Positions 38,831 through 52,200 of a stretch of DNA of 64,000 nt are shown in pieces. The first letter of the stretch is position 1; each line of letters opens with the position of its first letter. Made by a program: the position numbers and the translations under genes. Source of the DNA: Octopus bimaculoides. Taxonomy: Eukaryota. Below the pieces are notes generated by a model. The model ran no database searches. It was not told the DNA's origin and saw only the letters and a list, made by a program, of their open reading frames with translations. Location: NCBI RefSeq assembly GCF_001194135.2, contig NC_068994.1, positions 53,290,318-53,354,317 of the forward strand. Reading direction: 5' to 3'.

Positions 38831-39934
38831 GGTTTCTATTCGCATTCTCACCAAGCCCTGCTGCTAACCGTAGGCTATAAAACATTTTTTTTTTCAGTTT
38901 ATCGAACTTCGATACGTAAAAAACTAACAACCTTCTACGTCAATAAACCACAACTGTTCCTAAAAGTTGTTTTGTTATACCTTCTACGGACTGCTCGAAA
39001 CTTACTGTCTTCCTACACCTTGATCTTTGGATCTTACCTTTACTTATATGTATCAGCCAATATTTCATGGTCCAACCGCTGCTACTTAGTTTTATAGTTT
39101 GCCCGCTTCTCTGTGTTTTGTACATATATTCTAGTTGGATTAATCGGCTGAGACATTGTAGCACCTGTAAATTGTAGGGGTGAAGGATTCTCAGAATCAA
39201 GTCTGCAAGTTATTTAAGAAATTCAAACGATTCACTTGTATTACTAACAAGCTGTATGTAGCATTTATTGTCTCTGGGAAAGTCTTATTGCTGAATATTT
39301 GGCCTACGGATCATTATCTTCTGCTGAAATACTGACAGCATCCATTAATTCTCATCAATATTTTCTTAAAACTGAAATTGGATCTCTTGCTATTAAAACA
39401 GAGGTTTTGTTTCAATTTGCTTTTTAATGTTAGATGAGCAAGATGACATTTAACCTGAGCTGTGTCTGCGGTACCAACTGTTCTGACTTTCAGCATGGTT
39501 TCCATTTATATTGTGATTGTCCATGTAATTGATAACCGAACAGATTGTGTCCGATGATTTGGTTATCCACTAGACACCACAGGACATAAATGAAGTCATA
39601 ACAGAATCTTTCAGCTGGAAAAATGCCATCGCCAGGAGAAACAATCAGCGACAAGTGGACGCTCGGCCAGCAAGAAATAGCAACTAAATAGCTGAAACTA
39701 CATAGAACCCTCTTAAAAAGAGATATATTGAACAATGTAATCTTGAATAGATAAGACAGAATGATCATATTGGGAATACTTTTTATCAAACGTTTTCTGA
39801 ATCAAAATTAGCCTGGAGTTATAATTCCAAGCTTAATAGATTTACATTCCAATATATGAGAACATGTCCTTCGCTATTCCATTTCCAAGCTATATTTAAT
39901 AGAAAATACATTGATATTCGATCCTATTTATTAA

Positions 39935-40130
39935 TGTCTCCTCAACATCACTTGACAACCGATGCTGGTGTGTTTGCCTGTCCATTAGCGGTTCGGCAAG
40001 ATAGACCGATAGAATAAGTACTAGGCTTACAAAGAATGAGTCCTGGGGTCGATTTGCTCGACTAGAGGTTGTGCTCCAGCATGGCCGCAGTCAAATGACT
40101 GAAACAAATAAAAATAGAATAAAAGAATAA
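39935..40130 (+). mobile_element. SINE family B 3' body, well preserved
   Basis: CTTGACAACCGATGCTGGTGTGTTT..GAATAAGTACTAGGCTTACAAAGAAT..CAGCATGGCCGCAGTCAAATGACTGAAAC. A V-like fragment follows at about 40130-40230. Confidence 0.85.
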
Positions 40131-40866
40131 ATCTTGTGACGGACTGGCATCCTGTTCAGTGGGGAATATAGAAACCAGGAAACCGATCTTATGAATCTAT
40201 TCGGTTCAGGAAGGAGTTTTATCGTTTGGAAGTCCTACATAGATATTATAGCGCATAGGAGACAATCGACTAATTGAGATTTGTCATTTCAGTAGTAAAC
40301 AAAAATACTCAGGGATGTTTAAAATCTAAGTCTCAAATAGGGGAGATAACACTCAGTAATACCAGCAAATGAAAAATTTGAGGGATGGGGAACGTCTATA
40401 CGGTTAGAAGTGAGTCTTATATTTAAAAGCCAGTGAGTGAAAAAACGAGCGTGTTTTGATCGTATTAGGTAAAATGACGCCCCCACTCACCTGATGAAGA
40501 TGCTGTGACCCAATAAAATCGGCTAAATGATTTTAATATGTCTGATATTTCTATCAAGACTGAAGTTGAAGAAAGGAAGTGAAGAGATGTTTCCACGTCA
40601 GTTAATCCCCTCCCCCACCTCGCCCAAATCACCATTTCCCACGATAATGAAATTCAGACATAAATAGATTGGGAAAATACAATGAGAGCAATTCTCACAA
40701 AAATTACACGTAAACATATCATATTCGACTACATAAATAATAATCGCCCCCTCACACATACATGCACGTCGTGCAAACCACCTACACGAAGATACGCATG
40801 CACGCAAAAAATGCGGGTGAACATATATGTGGAAGTATATATACATACANNNNNNNNNNCGTACGT

Positions 40867-40934
<68 letters not shown>

Positions 40935-42394
40935 ATTTATGTTTGTACGTGCATATATACACACACTCACACACATACATATATATGTCAGATAACAAGA
41001 AACGCCTAGCAACTGCGGAGTTTTAATATCCGTTTGAAATAGAGCTTGAACACGAATAATTATGCCGAGTTGGATAATGTTAATAATGATGATGATGATG
41101 GTGATAGAGCGAGAGTGGTTGATGACGGGAATGATTGTTATTATTATTATTATTATTATTATTAACGTCAACATTCGTGCGAAGACAAAAACAAAATAAA
41201 ATTAGGCAGACAACTGACAGAAAGGTGAAGTGATAGAAGACGCTTTTGAAACTTAAAGACAGAAGAAAGAAAAGCATCATAAAACATGTAGGTGTGAAAA
41301 CCAGCTATTCATCATTTTATTGCATGTATATTACACTTAGATGTGAACTAAATACACACCTACCTGTATACATACGCGTGTGGGGTCGGGGGGCATCGCC
41401 ATACGAGCGTAGGCTTTGTTGCACGGTTAAGATCTCACTTTCTTAGTTAGTGACATCTACGAAAAACTGTACAGAAGCCGTCTATGTGTGCGTTCGTTTG
41501 TGTGTTCGATTCGTCGTCAATTATATACATGTGCGTTTGTGTGTGTGATATTAATTACTGCTGTAAAGGGATAGGTTGAATCGTCCCTTTATGATAGCTA
41601 GAGTTTCAATGAAAAGGACTAATGAAACCAATAGTAAACTGAAATAAATAGTTTTAGATTCTTGCCAAGTTTGGGGGCTTGCTTTAAAATATTAAGTGCA
41701 GTTCTTAAACGCGTTTGAGCTAACGTCCCTTTTCAAGTTTTTTTTAATTCAACGCCCCCTTGCTACGATTCAATACAGTGTCCTTTTTCTAATGAACTTA
41801 CTCATAATATCGGGCCAAAGCAATCTAGTTCTGGGTATTAGCATTCTGTGAGTGACCACTTACCATCACGTAAGTCTCTACTGTAAGCAAATCATTGACG
41901 CCTCACCGCTCAAAGTAAGTTAGAATTAATCTTTAGAACGTCACTTCATACTCGAGCGCGTATTCTTTGTGCTTCGTATATACCCACGTAGCTCTGGTTT
42001 AGCTCATCATAACGAACCTACTCCTTACATTTTCGTCGATTCTGTTTGCTGGAATTAAATATTTTACTATTTTCAGTATTATACATTATTTCTAGTTACT
42101 CTACAACTAATTACGAAGCCGAGTTTCAAACACGTGTAGATTATCTGTAATTATACAACCAATAACAAGATATACGACACTAAGTCTAGAAACCAAGGTA
42201 GTAGTGTGTTATATACAAGCACTTGTAGTAAGGATGACTATCATTACAACTCCATAGTTTAACAAGCAGATGTTAACACTTCGCTCTGAAATGTAAAATT
42301 TCCTGAGAATACATAGGCGAAAGTCTCTGAGTTTTGTGATGCAAATCGCAAATATACATTTAAATACGCAAATGAAAGGAACACTGCCGCCTTG

Positions 42395-42468
42395 TCGAAT
42401 ACGAATAGCAGTACAGGTGAAACCCGATAAATCGAATACGAATAGCAGTACAGGTGAAACCCGATAAA
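42395..42468. repeat. Perfect 37-bp tandem duplication
   Basis: TCGAATACGAATAGCAGTACAGGTGAAACCCGATAAA x2. Confidence 0.92.
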
Positions 42469-44169
42469 TTGAAACTGTCATATTCTATGTAAAAAGGAAT
42501 GCAATAACATAAAATACAACGTTTTAAATTAAACAGATCTGCTGAAGTGGAAAACTTAATTATTATGTGTCGTAATGAAAGTAAATTTGATTCAACTATA
42601 ATAAAACAATCGAAGCGGATTAAGATGCCAGATTAAACAATCACCGTGTAAGAAGTTTATTATCTCAGAACCCGGATGTAGTCAACTGGAAGCTAGTAAC
42701 CCAATATCACGTTAGTGCAGTATCGTCTGATAGAATCAGTCCTTATAAACAGCCTCTATCGTCTGAAGATTGCTTCCGATAAGAAACCTTCAGTAACAGT
42801 GTTAAATAGGCAGAGAAAATACATACAGGAAAATTTTTATACAACAGTATCGACTGCTATTCAGTATGCGAATCTTTCTACCTACTTATATATATACATG
42901 TGTACGTATGCATGTATACGCGAACTTTTATACTCGCGTGTGAATGAATCTGTGTGTGTGTTTGTATACATCAGTGTATGGGCATATACGTGTGTGTGTG
43001 TGTATGTATTTTTGTTATTCAGTTTTATTCAAGATATCTTATCAGTAGAGAAGATGCCGGTTTTTAACCCTGATCTAAGGCTCTTGCATTGAAATCTCAA
43101 CAACATCAACAAGGTGCATGTATGTATGCTTGTAAGTATGCATAATGCGTTTCTTAAGTGTTGCTTGACATAATTTTATACATTTGTATTTCTATGCGTA
43201 GGTATATGTGTTTAATATATATTTCCATAGTGTTTACAGAAATGTGTATATGTGTGTGTGGCATATTTATCGAATTGTGTGAGTGTTATTATATATTTGT
43301 GCGCTAACATCAATTCTGTTCTGCTTTTTCCTATTGTGAACATGTAATGTTGTCAGAGATGGATATCGCTTACACACCTTCGCTACATTGCACTAATTTA
43401 TTAAATTCTTTTTCTACCGATTTTCCTGATTTTTTTAACGGTTTACCTACTTTAATTATTCATTTTTTTTTACGTATCTGTATTGTTCAAATATGAATGT
43501 GATACGTTGATATCGATAATAAATGTAGGAACATCACGACGGGAGAGACAGGAAGAGAAAAATGAGAGGGGCGATAAGAGAAAAAAATCATTATTTTTTG
43601 TGCTATGCTAAAAACTACAGCAAAAAAATATACAGATTATTGTATGAATGCACACACGCACACACGCACGCGCACGCGCACGCGCTCGCACGCTCGCTCA
43701 CTCACTCACTCACTCACTCACTCACTCATGTGCGTATGTGCATATGTATGTATGAGTTAATATATGTATTTGGGTATATTTGCGCATATATAAACTTTTT
43801 CAAATGTTGTTATATTGAAAGCATTTATGTTCGAATTCCTTCTTGAATACAATATTCTTTTTTTTTTTAATACGTTTTGTTATCTATCCCTTATGTTTAG
43901 TGTGTAACCATATATAAAGTTCATCGACGTTTCAGCATTTCTAGACCTATGTCTTACCTTCCAGTTGAGCTGACAATTTGTGGCAATTTTTTAATCAACA
44001 TTTTTTAAACTCTAAGCAGAATAGATCATTGTAATTATATTGCTACTCATGATTTTTCCATGTTTCAATAGATAGCTAGACGCAAATATACATATAGCCA
44101 TATAATTATTTGGACTTTGGGTGTATGTCTAGTAGTATGCCGATTAAAGCATTTTTGCCGTTTAGGCTA

Positions 44170-44210
44170 CCTAGTGTCATCCATAGTTATGCCTAGTGTC
44201 ATCCATAGTT
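44170..44210. repeat. 19-bp direct repeat, period 22
   Basis: CCTAGTGTCATCCATAGTT x2, separated by ATG. Confidence 0.9.
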
Positions 44211-44803
44211 GCGATATAATTGTCACTAGATCTAAGTCAGGAATTCCGCAGTGTTCGTTGAGTTTATAATGAGGCAAAAAGAAAATGGATTAAGCAAAAA
44301 TATTTATTCAACATTACGATCGTTTCGACCCACGCTGTATCTGTCCCTTAGCATAATGTTAAATTATGAGCAATATTAGGAAATATAGTCAAGATACAAT
44401 TATATAATTTAATTTTTAACAAATTTATTTGTACGTTTACAAAATGACAAAATTAAAGCAACTTTTCAGAAGAAAAATTATAAGTCATTTATTCTCACTC
44501 CTTCCGTGTGTGTGGGGGGGGGTGTAACGTCCCTTTACCCATTACCTGCCACCAAGCCTGCCTCGGGTATACACTCATTCTGCACCGCTTATGTTCATTC
44601 TCTCTGTATCTCACCATTACTTCCTTTACTCTCTCTCTCTCTCATATATATAATTTTCTATACTCTCTCTTCCCCTCTCTCTTTCTCTCTCTCTCGCTCT
44701 CTCTCTCTCACACTCTTTATATGTATACACGGACTACATAAATATATTCTATATAGATATTTTATATGCATATTATATATAAGCATATATATGCTTCTAT
44801 ATT

Positions 44804-44878
<75 letters not shown>

Positions 44879-46015
44879 GTACATGTGTACATATGTGTGT
44901 GTGTGTGTGTGTGTTATGCAGGCACACCGGTGTATGGGCGGGGAGTGTAATAAGATTAATTCCTAGCCCGCCACTTACGCTAGTATAGTAATCACTCCAG
45001 ACATTTGTTTCAATTCATCTCATATAAATGTTGAATGAAGCTGTAGTGAAGATTTATATGGCTGAACGAGTTGGTGTGTACAGCGCTGGGATTTTGAGAT
45101 AAACCTATATACTACGTTAGATTATGTGGTCGGTAAACACTGTCCTCTGCAACTGTTAGCGTCTTCATGCACAAATATAAAGCATTATTGCATTTACTGA
45201 GAATGCGTTCGAGTGCGTATCGGTGAGCGCTTAGCGTACTAAGCAAGAAGGTGAGTGGTTTATTGCTTGTGTTGTATCACTGTTGCAGTATGCTGGGGTT
45301 ATGTACCTATTTACATACTGTATATTAAGTGTCCATGTGAAGCCGGAAGCTATGACGGACTAGGCATTTATCTAGTGACTCTTATAGAGATGAAACGTCA
45401 TAAGACAAAAACAAAACAAAATGTAACAAGACGCAGATCTATTGTAACCACCCATGAACAGAAAGAGGTTACCGTGTTTTCTGGCGTACAAGTCGAGGTA
45501 GATTTTTTCAGTAAAAATAATCAATGTTTCAATCAATACGCATCGTATAAACCGACTCTTTTCAAAATCGATTTTTAATGCTTCCCTTTACTTACGATTA
45601 TAATCGTACATGAATTTGAAAAAAAAAATGTCAGTGTAAAAGGAATTAATAAGCAGCTAAAATGTTTGTTATATGCTACCAGAGCAAATCTGAAGCGTAA
45701 ACCTTCAAACATCGTCACTGTTTTCCCAATCCTATCACATTTCATTCGGAATTTTTGGTCTTCCAGCTGTAAATTTTGGTCAGAGATATTCGACTCGTAT
45801 GCCGGAAAAATATTGTATTAATGATTGACATATTATTTTGCGTCTAAACTTGAGAACTATTTGGGGACAAAATTCACTGAAGGTGTGGCGAGATACAATG
45901 AGGTGTAAGATGAGACGATTTACTTGTGGAAGTGGTACATCTACTTTAAGAGTAAGACCTCGCCAAAAATATACATATTTTTAGGGGTTAGGGTCCTTTG
46001 TCACTCTGAGGAAAA

Positions 46016-46046
<31 letters not shown>

Positions 46047-46233
46047 NNNNNNNNNNNNNNNNNNNNNNNNNNNNNNNNNNNNNNNNNNNNNNNNNNNNNN
46101 NNNNNNNNNNNNNNNNNNNNNNNNNNNNNNNNNNNNNNNNNNNNNNNNNNNNNNNNNNNNNNNNNNNNNNNNNNNNNNNNNNNNNNNNNNNNNNNNNNNN
46201 NNNNNNNNNNNNNNNNNNNNNNNNNNNNNNNNN

Positions 46234-46497
46234 ACATACATACACACACACACATACATACACACACACACATACATACACACACACACATACATACACA
46301 CACACACATATACACACACACACATATACACACACACACATATACACACACATATACACACACACACATATACACACACACACATGCACACACACATACA
46401 CACACACACATACACACATACACACATACACACACACATACACACACACACATACACATACACATACACACACATACACACACACACACACACACAT
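46234..46497. repeat. Compound (CA)/(CATA) microsatellite
   Basis: Seen directly; lies just downstream of a minus-strand SINE B head. Confidence 0.95.
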
Positions 46498-46504
46498 ATC
46501 TATA

Positions 46505-46645
46505 CGACGGGCTTTCAGCTTCCGTCTACCAAATCCATTCACAAGGTTGTGGTTGACCCGAGGCTATGGTAGAAGACACAAGGTACCACACAGTGAGACT
46601 GATCTCGGAATCATGTAGTTGAGAAGCAAACTTGTTACTACACCT
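46505..46645 (-). mobile_element. SINE family B head
   Basis: CGACGGGCTTTCAGCTTCCGTCTACCAAATCCATTCACAAGG..GGCTATGGTAGAAGACAC. Confidence 0.8.
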
Positions 46646-48992
46646 ACACAATCACGCCTGAACCTATAAATAACCATATGATCTGTAAACATTAAAAAAA
46701 ACATATGTATGTGTGTATATATAAACTATATGGCCAGAGTGTCTCTGCGTGTGCATATGGACATCTTTACATATGATGAATCCATGCATACATATATATT
46801 ACACGCACAAGGTGGAGTAACTCTCTGGAAGAGTGAACGAACGGCAGGATTAATTTCAAAAGGATCTGAAATGACAAAGTAAAACCTGCGTAACATTTTA
46901 TCTACAAATTATGCCAATGCATCGCCCTTCTGGGATATATATAGATAGATAGATACAGTAAAACATACTAGTCCTCATAGAATTAATTCCAGGTTTTGGT
47001 CAAGAGCCGGAGTTTAGATTCGTCTTTCGTCGAAATCAATATATAATGCCAATATCTTTTTATTAACACCGTTCTCACGTTAAAGCTTTCGAATATGCAA
47101 TGGCAACCTCTTTCTGCAATTTATCTCCTCTGAGCTGAATTCTTCCACACCTGTTGCGTGAAAACCAATTTTGGATCAGACTAATTAAGAAATTCCATTC
47201 CGCTTTCTTTGCCGATTATTGCATCTTGATTGAGCTTCTTTATTTTTTTTTGTTTCTGCGTCATTTTCATTTTTTTTTCGTTGTTGTTTCTGTGTCATTT
47301 TCATTTTCTTCTTTTGTTTTTGCGTCATTCTCATTTTCTTTTCCCCTTTTTGTCATTTTCTTTTCTTTTTGTTCCTTTCACGAGTGAAATCAAATAAAAC
47401 AGCAAGATTATATACATAATGGAACCTCTCTTCACATGTGAATAACTCAAACTTGACACTAGCGAGAACAATTGTTTCGTGCCGGTTTCTTTCGTGTTAT
47501 TTCCAACCGAAATTAAAACTAACACCGTGAATATATTGTATTAGCAATTTTTCGCCCGAGTAAATCTAGGGATCGCCTTCGATTACGAAGAAATAGAAGT
47601 AGAAATGTCACAGTCAACTAGGTCGTCGATATAGTGTTCAGCTACCAACCGAAACGTAGGCAGTTTGCTGTCATTGTTTGCTTGTTGTTTTTTTGTTTTT
47701 TGTTTTTGTTTTTTTGCAGCGATGAAAACAATTTTTCTGCTGAAATACACAACCTTTATTTCAATTAATATTAGAAATAACTAAAAATTTAGTAAAATAA
47801 CTTTGTCATTATTAAACTGGTGTTTGAAACATAATGTGAAGTTTTTATGGTGGATTTTAATTTAGTTCTCTTTCAAGCAGATTTGTATCATGAAACCATT
47901 GACGGTCTCAGACGGTTTAGTATCAAAAAGGTTAATTCTTACTGGCTCAGTCAGTCGAACCGTCACTATGTGCCATACACGAGAATAATTCATTGCAAAG
48001 GAGCTTCTATGCAGTTTTTCTATCTGCCAGAAATAGCAACCACATTTTTTTTCTTTTTCTTTGATTATACCACTTCGCTTTTTAAAAACGCTAAATGGGA
48101 GAACGCATTAAATATACTATATCCAAACATAAGAGTTGATCTGTTCACTAGAATGATTTGGTCATAAGTTTGATTAATCACTCCTTGCTTGGGGCTAAAC
48201 AACCACTGCAACAACAATCTAACCATGGTATATAGTGGTCGGTAAGATGACTGTATTTTTAAGGAGTGTTTCGTTAACTTGCGGTACGATGTTCGAGTCA
48301 TTCGGTGGTCTTGATTGATAAAGTAACGAGAATTTATTAAACTCATTCTCCTTATGACGTCACGCATAAATAGTATCTGGTATTTATTTACAGACATTTA
48401 CACCCTGAGTTCAAACCCTGCCAATATCGACTTTGCCTTCTGTCTTTCCTGATTTTGTGTTTCAGTCAAGCAATGGAGTCGCTATGTCGACGCTAGAATT
48501 TAGCTTACTCGGTTTAAGTTTAATTTTTTGTTTTTCTTTCACCAGTCCGGGAGGTCCGTAATGCAATCTTGAGCGCCTCGCTTCCTAGCCCAAAGGATAG
48601 TCATTATTTCAAACTAATATGAATGAGGCCCAGTCGTTTCTAGAACTCGGTTAAAAGGGCTGCGAACAAACGAACGAGTCTTTTCATAGTCAATAAATAT
48701 ATAAAAGTAACGGTTAGATCTCCGTAGAAATTACAGCCAGGTATATTAGACAAATGGAAAACACGTTGACAAATGAATTTTGGCATAGTGTGTTTAAAAT
48801 AGAAGATAAGAAGGGTAAGATCAAAATGCCTTTACTTATAGATATGACGATTTGGGGGTCAATTAATAATGAATATTAATAACTCTCTGGGGATTTTCTG
48901 GTGCATAGACACAGTAAGCAATATTAGGCGGGGACGAATTCTACAGGACAAACTTCCATCTTGCACGAATGTGTATATATAAGATATATATA

Positions 48993-49155
48993 GGTGCAGG
49001 AGTGGCTGTGTGGTAAGTAGCTTGCTTACCAACCACATGGTTCCGGGTTCAGTCCCACTGCGTGGCACCTTGGGCAAGTGTCTTCTACTATAGCCCCGGG
49101 CCGACCAAAGCCTTGTGACTGGATTTGGTAGACGGAAACTGAAAGAAGCCCGTCG
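48993..49155 (+). mobile_element. SINE family B head, best preserved copy
   Basis: A box TGGCTGTGTGGTAAG, B box GGGTTCAGTCCC, CORE-like ACCTTGGGCAAGTGTCTT, then (TG)n and a gap. Confidence 0.88.
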
Positions 49156-49157
49156 TT

Positions 49158-49188
<31 letters not shown>

Positions 49189-49594
49189 NNNNNNNNNNNN
49201 NNNNNNNNNNNNNNNNNNNNNNNNNNNNNNNNNNNNNNNNNNNNNNNNNNNNNNNNNNNNNNNNNNNNNNNNNNNNNNNNNNNNNNNNNNNNNNNNNNNN
49301 NNNNNNNNNNNNNNNNNNNNNNNNNNNNNNNNNNNNNNNNNNNNNNNNNNNNNNNNNNNNNNNNNNNNNNNNNNNNNNNNNNNNNNNNNNNNNNNNNNNN
49401 NNNNNNNNNNNNNNNNNNNNNNNNNNNNNNNNNNNNNNNNNNNNNNNNNNNNNNNNNNNNNNNNNNNNNNNNNNNNNNNNNNNNNNNNNNNNNNNNNNNN
49501 NNNNNNNNNNNNNNNNNNNNNNNNNNNNNNNNNNNNNNNNNNNNNNNNNNNNNNNNNNNNNNNNNNNNNNNNNNNNNNNNNNNNNNNNNNNNNN

Positions 49595-49637
<43 letters not shown>

Positions 49638-50764
49638 CATACACATATGGCATGGCGTGATATCTGTGTGAGTTTTGTAGGACATATTCTTGCGTCCATG
49701 CATCACTACAAGACTGTACTTGTAGATAAAATTTATTTGAATTGAAAGGGTAAGACAGGAAGCGTTAAACACAATAGATCCATGACTTTAAAGAGAATTC
49801 AATGTAGAATGAAGGATGCTATTCCAATAAAGAGCCGAGACTTTGAAGAAAAGGAGAAAAAATACACATGCAGCGAAAGAGAAACATGGATATTGGAATA
49901 AATATTTTAGAAAGACATAATAATGTACTAAAGCTATTAAAGCTATTTCAAGAGATTGAAATACTGTGTACAAAGTAATGTAATGGATATGTAAGAGTAG
50001 AGAGCGGGAGAGGGAGAGAGGCGGAGAGAGAGAGAGATTGTGTGTACGAAAAGAATATGTTTGTAGCAAAATGAGTTTTTGTATGAATAAGTAGGGAAAT
50101 TTGGCATGTAGAAAGAGTGAAAGCATATATAAGTGGAAAAATGTAGATGTTAAAATATAGCTGTGGTGATAGAAAGACACTAGGAGAAAGAACGAAGGTA
50201 AAAAAATAGAAGGAATGGAAGATTGAATGATTCGATGAAAGAAATATAAAGAAATAGAAATGAATAATGTAGGACTGAATGTATGTATGAAAGATTGCAT
50301 GAATGAATATGTGAAACAATTAATTACGCAAGGAAAGAAAGTATTATAAATGTCAGAATGAAAAATGGTTGGGAGTTTGAGATGGAAAATGGATGAATGA
50401 GTTGTTCGCGGTAGAAAGTGAAATATAGAATATGGCGAGGAATCTGAAAAGCAATGGGCTGAGATCCACTACTACAGCTGTTTCAGATGTGTTTTTATTG
50501 ATGAACAAATCAATTACATCATGTACCAAAATCTGTTATAATAAAAATAAAATTTAAAGTTTAGAATTTTTCATACAAATAAGTATAGCATGCATATTGA
50601 CTCTCGCATCTCGGTGCTGGTGCTTTAGTAAGTATGCGAGTGTCTGCGCACTCTGTTAATACAGTTATGCATTCGTTGACACTACCAAGCTGCATTTGTA
50701 ATTACAATACCTCAATTCAACTGGATCCTGAATATATATGTATACAGTGGTGTATATATGTATA

Positions 50765-50979
50765 CAGGGTCGTGCTGAATAGTTGCTGGCTTTCGGTAAC
50801 AGAAAATACCAGAGGACCCGATGATTATGATTTTATCTAATACATTCTCCTTAGATTCACACACTTATTGCAGCAGTCCTTCTGTTGTTCTATGTCTTAT
50901 AAAAGAGCTAGGAAGGGTGGGCCTCCAACCAGGCCTTTTGCGACACCCTTAAAGCGGAGAACTTTGCAACAACCCCTCG
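50765..50979 (+). mobile_element. Mariner-type MITE with both TIRs
   Basis: TA|CAGGGTCGTGCTGAATAGTTGCTGGCTTT ... AAAGCGGAGAACTTTGCAACAACCCCTCG form imperfect inverted ends of about 29 bp; a second copy lies at 1803-1978. Confidence 0.7.
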
Positions 50980-52059
50980 CATATATATATATATATATAT
51001 ATAGAGAGCAACTAGATATTATCTTGGTTTCCAAGGCATAAGGGCAGCTAATCTTAGCAGATATAATTGTATTCTGGCAGCAGTGGGTGGAGGAGTTGCA
51101 AGCAAGAAGGAGAGTTAACTATCAGAGGAATGATTAACAATTAAAGAACAAGGTTTTCGTCAGTGGGGGTTGATTACCCGAAAATATCTTAATCATAACT
51201 ATGCATATAAAAACATTAAGTAGTGGAAATATCGTAACTGAGGGTTTAGCGAGCCATAACTAATTGTAGGCCCGATATATTGAGCGCTTATCTACTTATT
51301 TTCTGTCTCACTGCTTATATGAACTCGGTTACACAGAAACACAGTAACATCACAGACACACACACATATTCTATAGATAGATAGATAGATAGATAAATGC
51401 AATACCCACACACCACACACCCGTGTGTATAAAATACTGCAGATGAAGTTTAAAGAAAGTAAAAAGAACAAAGAATACATCACAGCAACTACAACAGCAC
51501 CAGAACAAGATATCAACAGCCTAATGAATCGTAGTAATATGTTCGGAAAGAAAATGGTGGCGTTTCCGGCGCAGGATGGTGCTGTCTGTCTCGGAAGTTT
51601 TGTTACGGTACAAATGAGATAATCGCACCATCCTTTTTTCTATTAGTTCTATAAACAACACCCTTTGCAAAAGATTTTTTGACTCTGTTTTAACACCTAC
51701 AGGAGGCGGAATAGAGTATCAATTGCTATTTTTCATACTACTTCTTTTGTGTTCGATATTGTTGCTGCTTCTTCTGTTGTTGTTGTTCTTGCTGTTGTTT
51801 CCATGGTTGACGTTAATATTAATGTGTAGTTGTACCGCTACTGCTGCTGTTTTTGTTATAGCCATTGTATTTGTTGTTATGTATTTTCCTGCCACTTGTA
51901 TTGTTATACGTCTCGATACTGCTTTCTCTTACAGAATTTAATTTATTTTCGTATGCATTGTTTTTTTTCTTCTTTCTTTCATTTTGCTTTTTGTTTTTTT
52001 TTTGTTTTTTTTTGTTTATATTTATGGCTTCATGTAAATAATACAACTATTTATGACTA

Positions 52060-52200
52060 ACATATTGATGTCACGTGCTACATTGGCGAATTACGTCATT
52101 TGATGATTTTAATTATCAACATCATAAAGCAGCGATGGCGGCTGCGGCGGTGGAAGTGGGGATAAAGTTGCGCATTAGGTGCTGTGAGGTGAGGTCAGAT
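52060..52200 (+). promoter_or_regulatory. Promoter-like motif cluster with a possible first-exon start
   Basis: CACGTG (52072), ATTGG (52082), TTACGTCA (52091), GATGGCGGC (YY1-like; ATG at 52135) and a possible donor GAG|GTGAGG (52189). Confidence 0.3.

Noticed and set aside
38700-39200. Mariner-like strings (LHPY.LQ, degenerate QDG) on the minus strand
   Set aside because: Too degenerate, with no consistent frame or spacing.
42760-42800. CTGAAGA..GAAAC hammerhead-like spacing; similar weak cases near 43930 and 52480
   Set aside because: No convincing stem II or stem I pairing.
45190-45260. Perfect donor AAG|GTGAGT at 45251 after CpG-rich sequence
   Set aside because: An isolated splice motif without a supported acceptor or ORF.
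49790-50460. Purine-skewed 700-bp stretch, possibly a decayed LINE
   Set aside because: No recognisable RT or EN motif in any frame.
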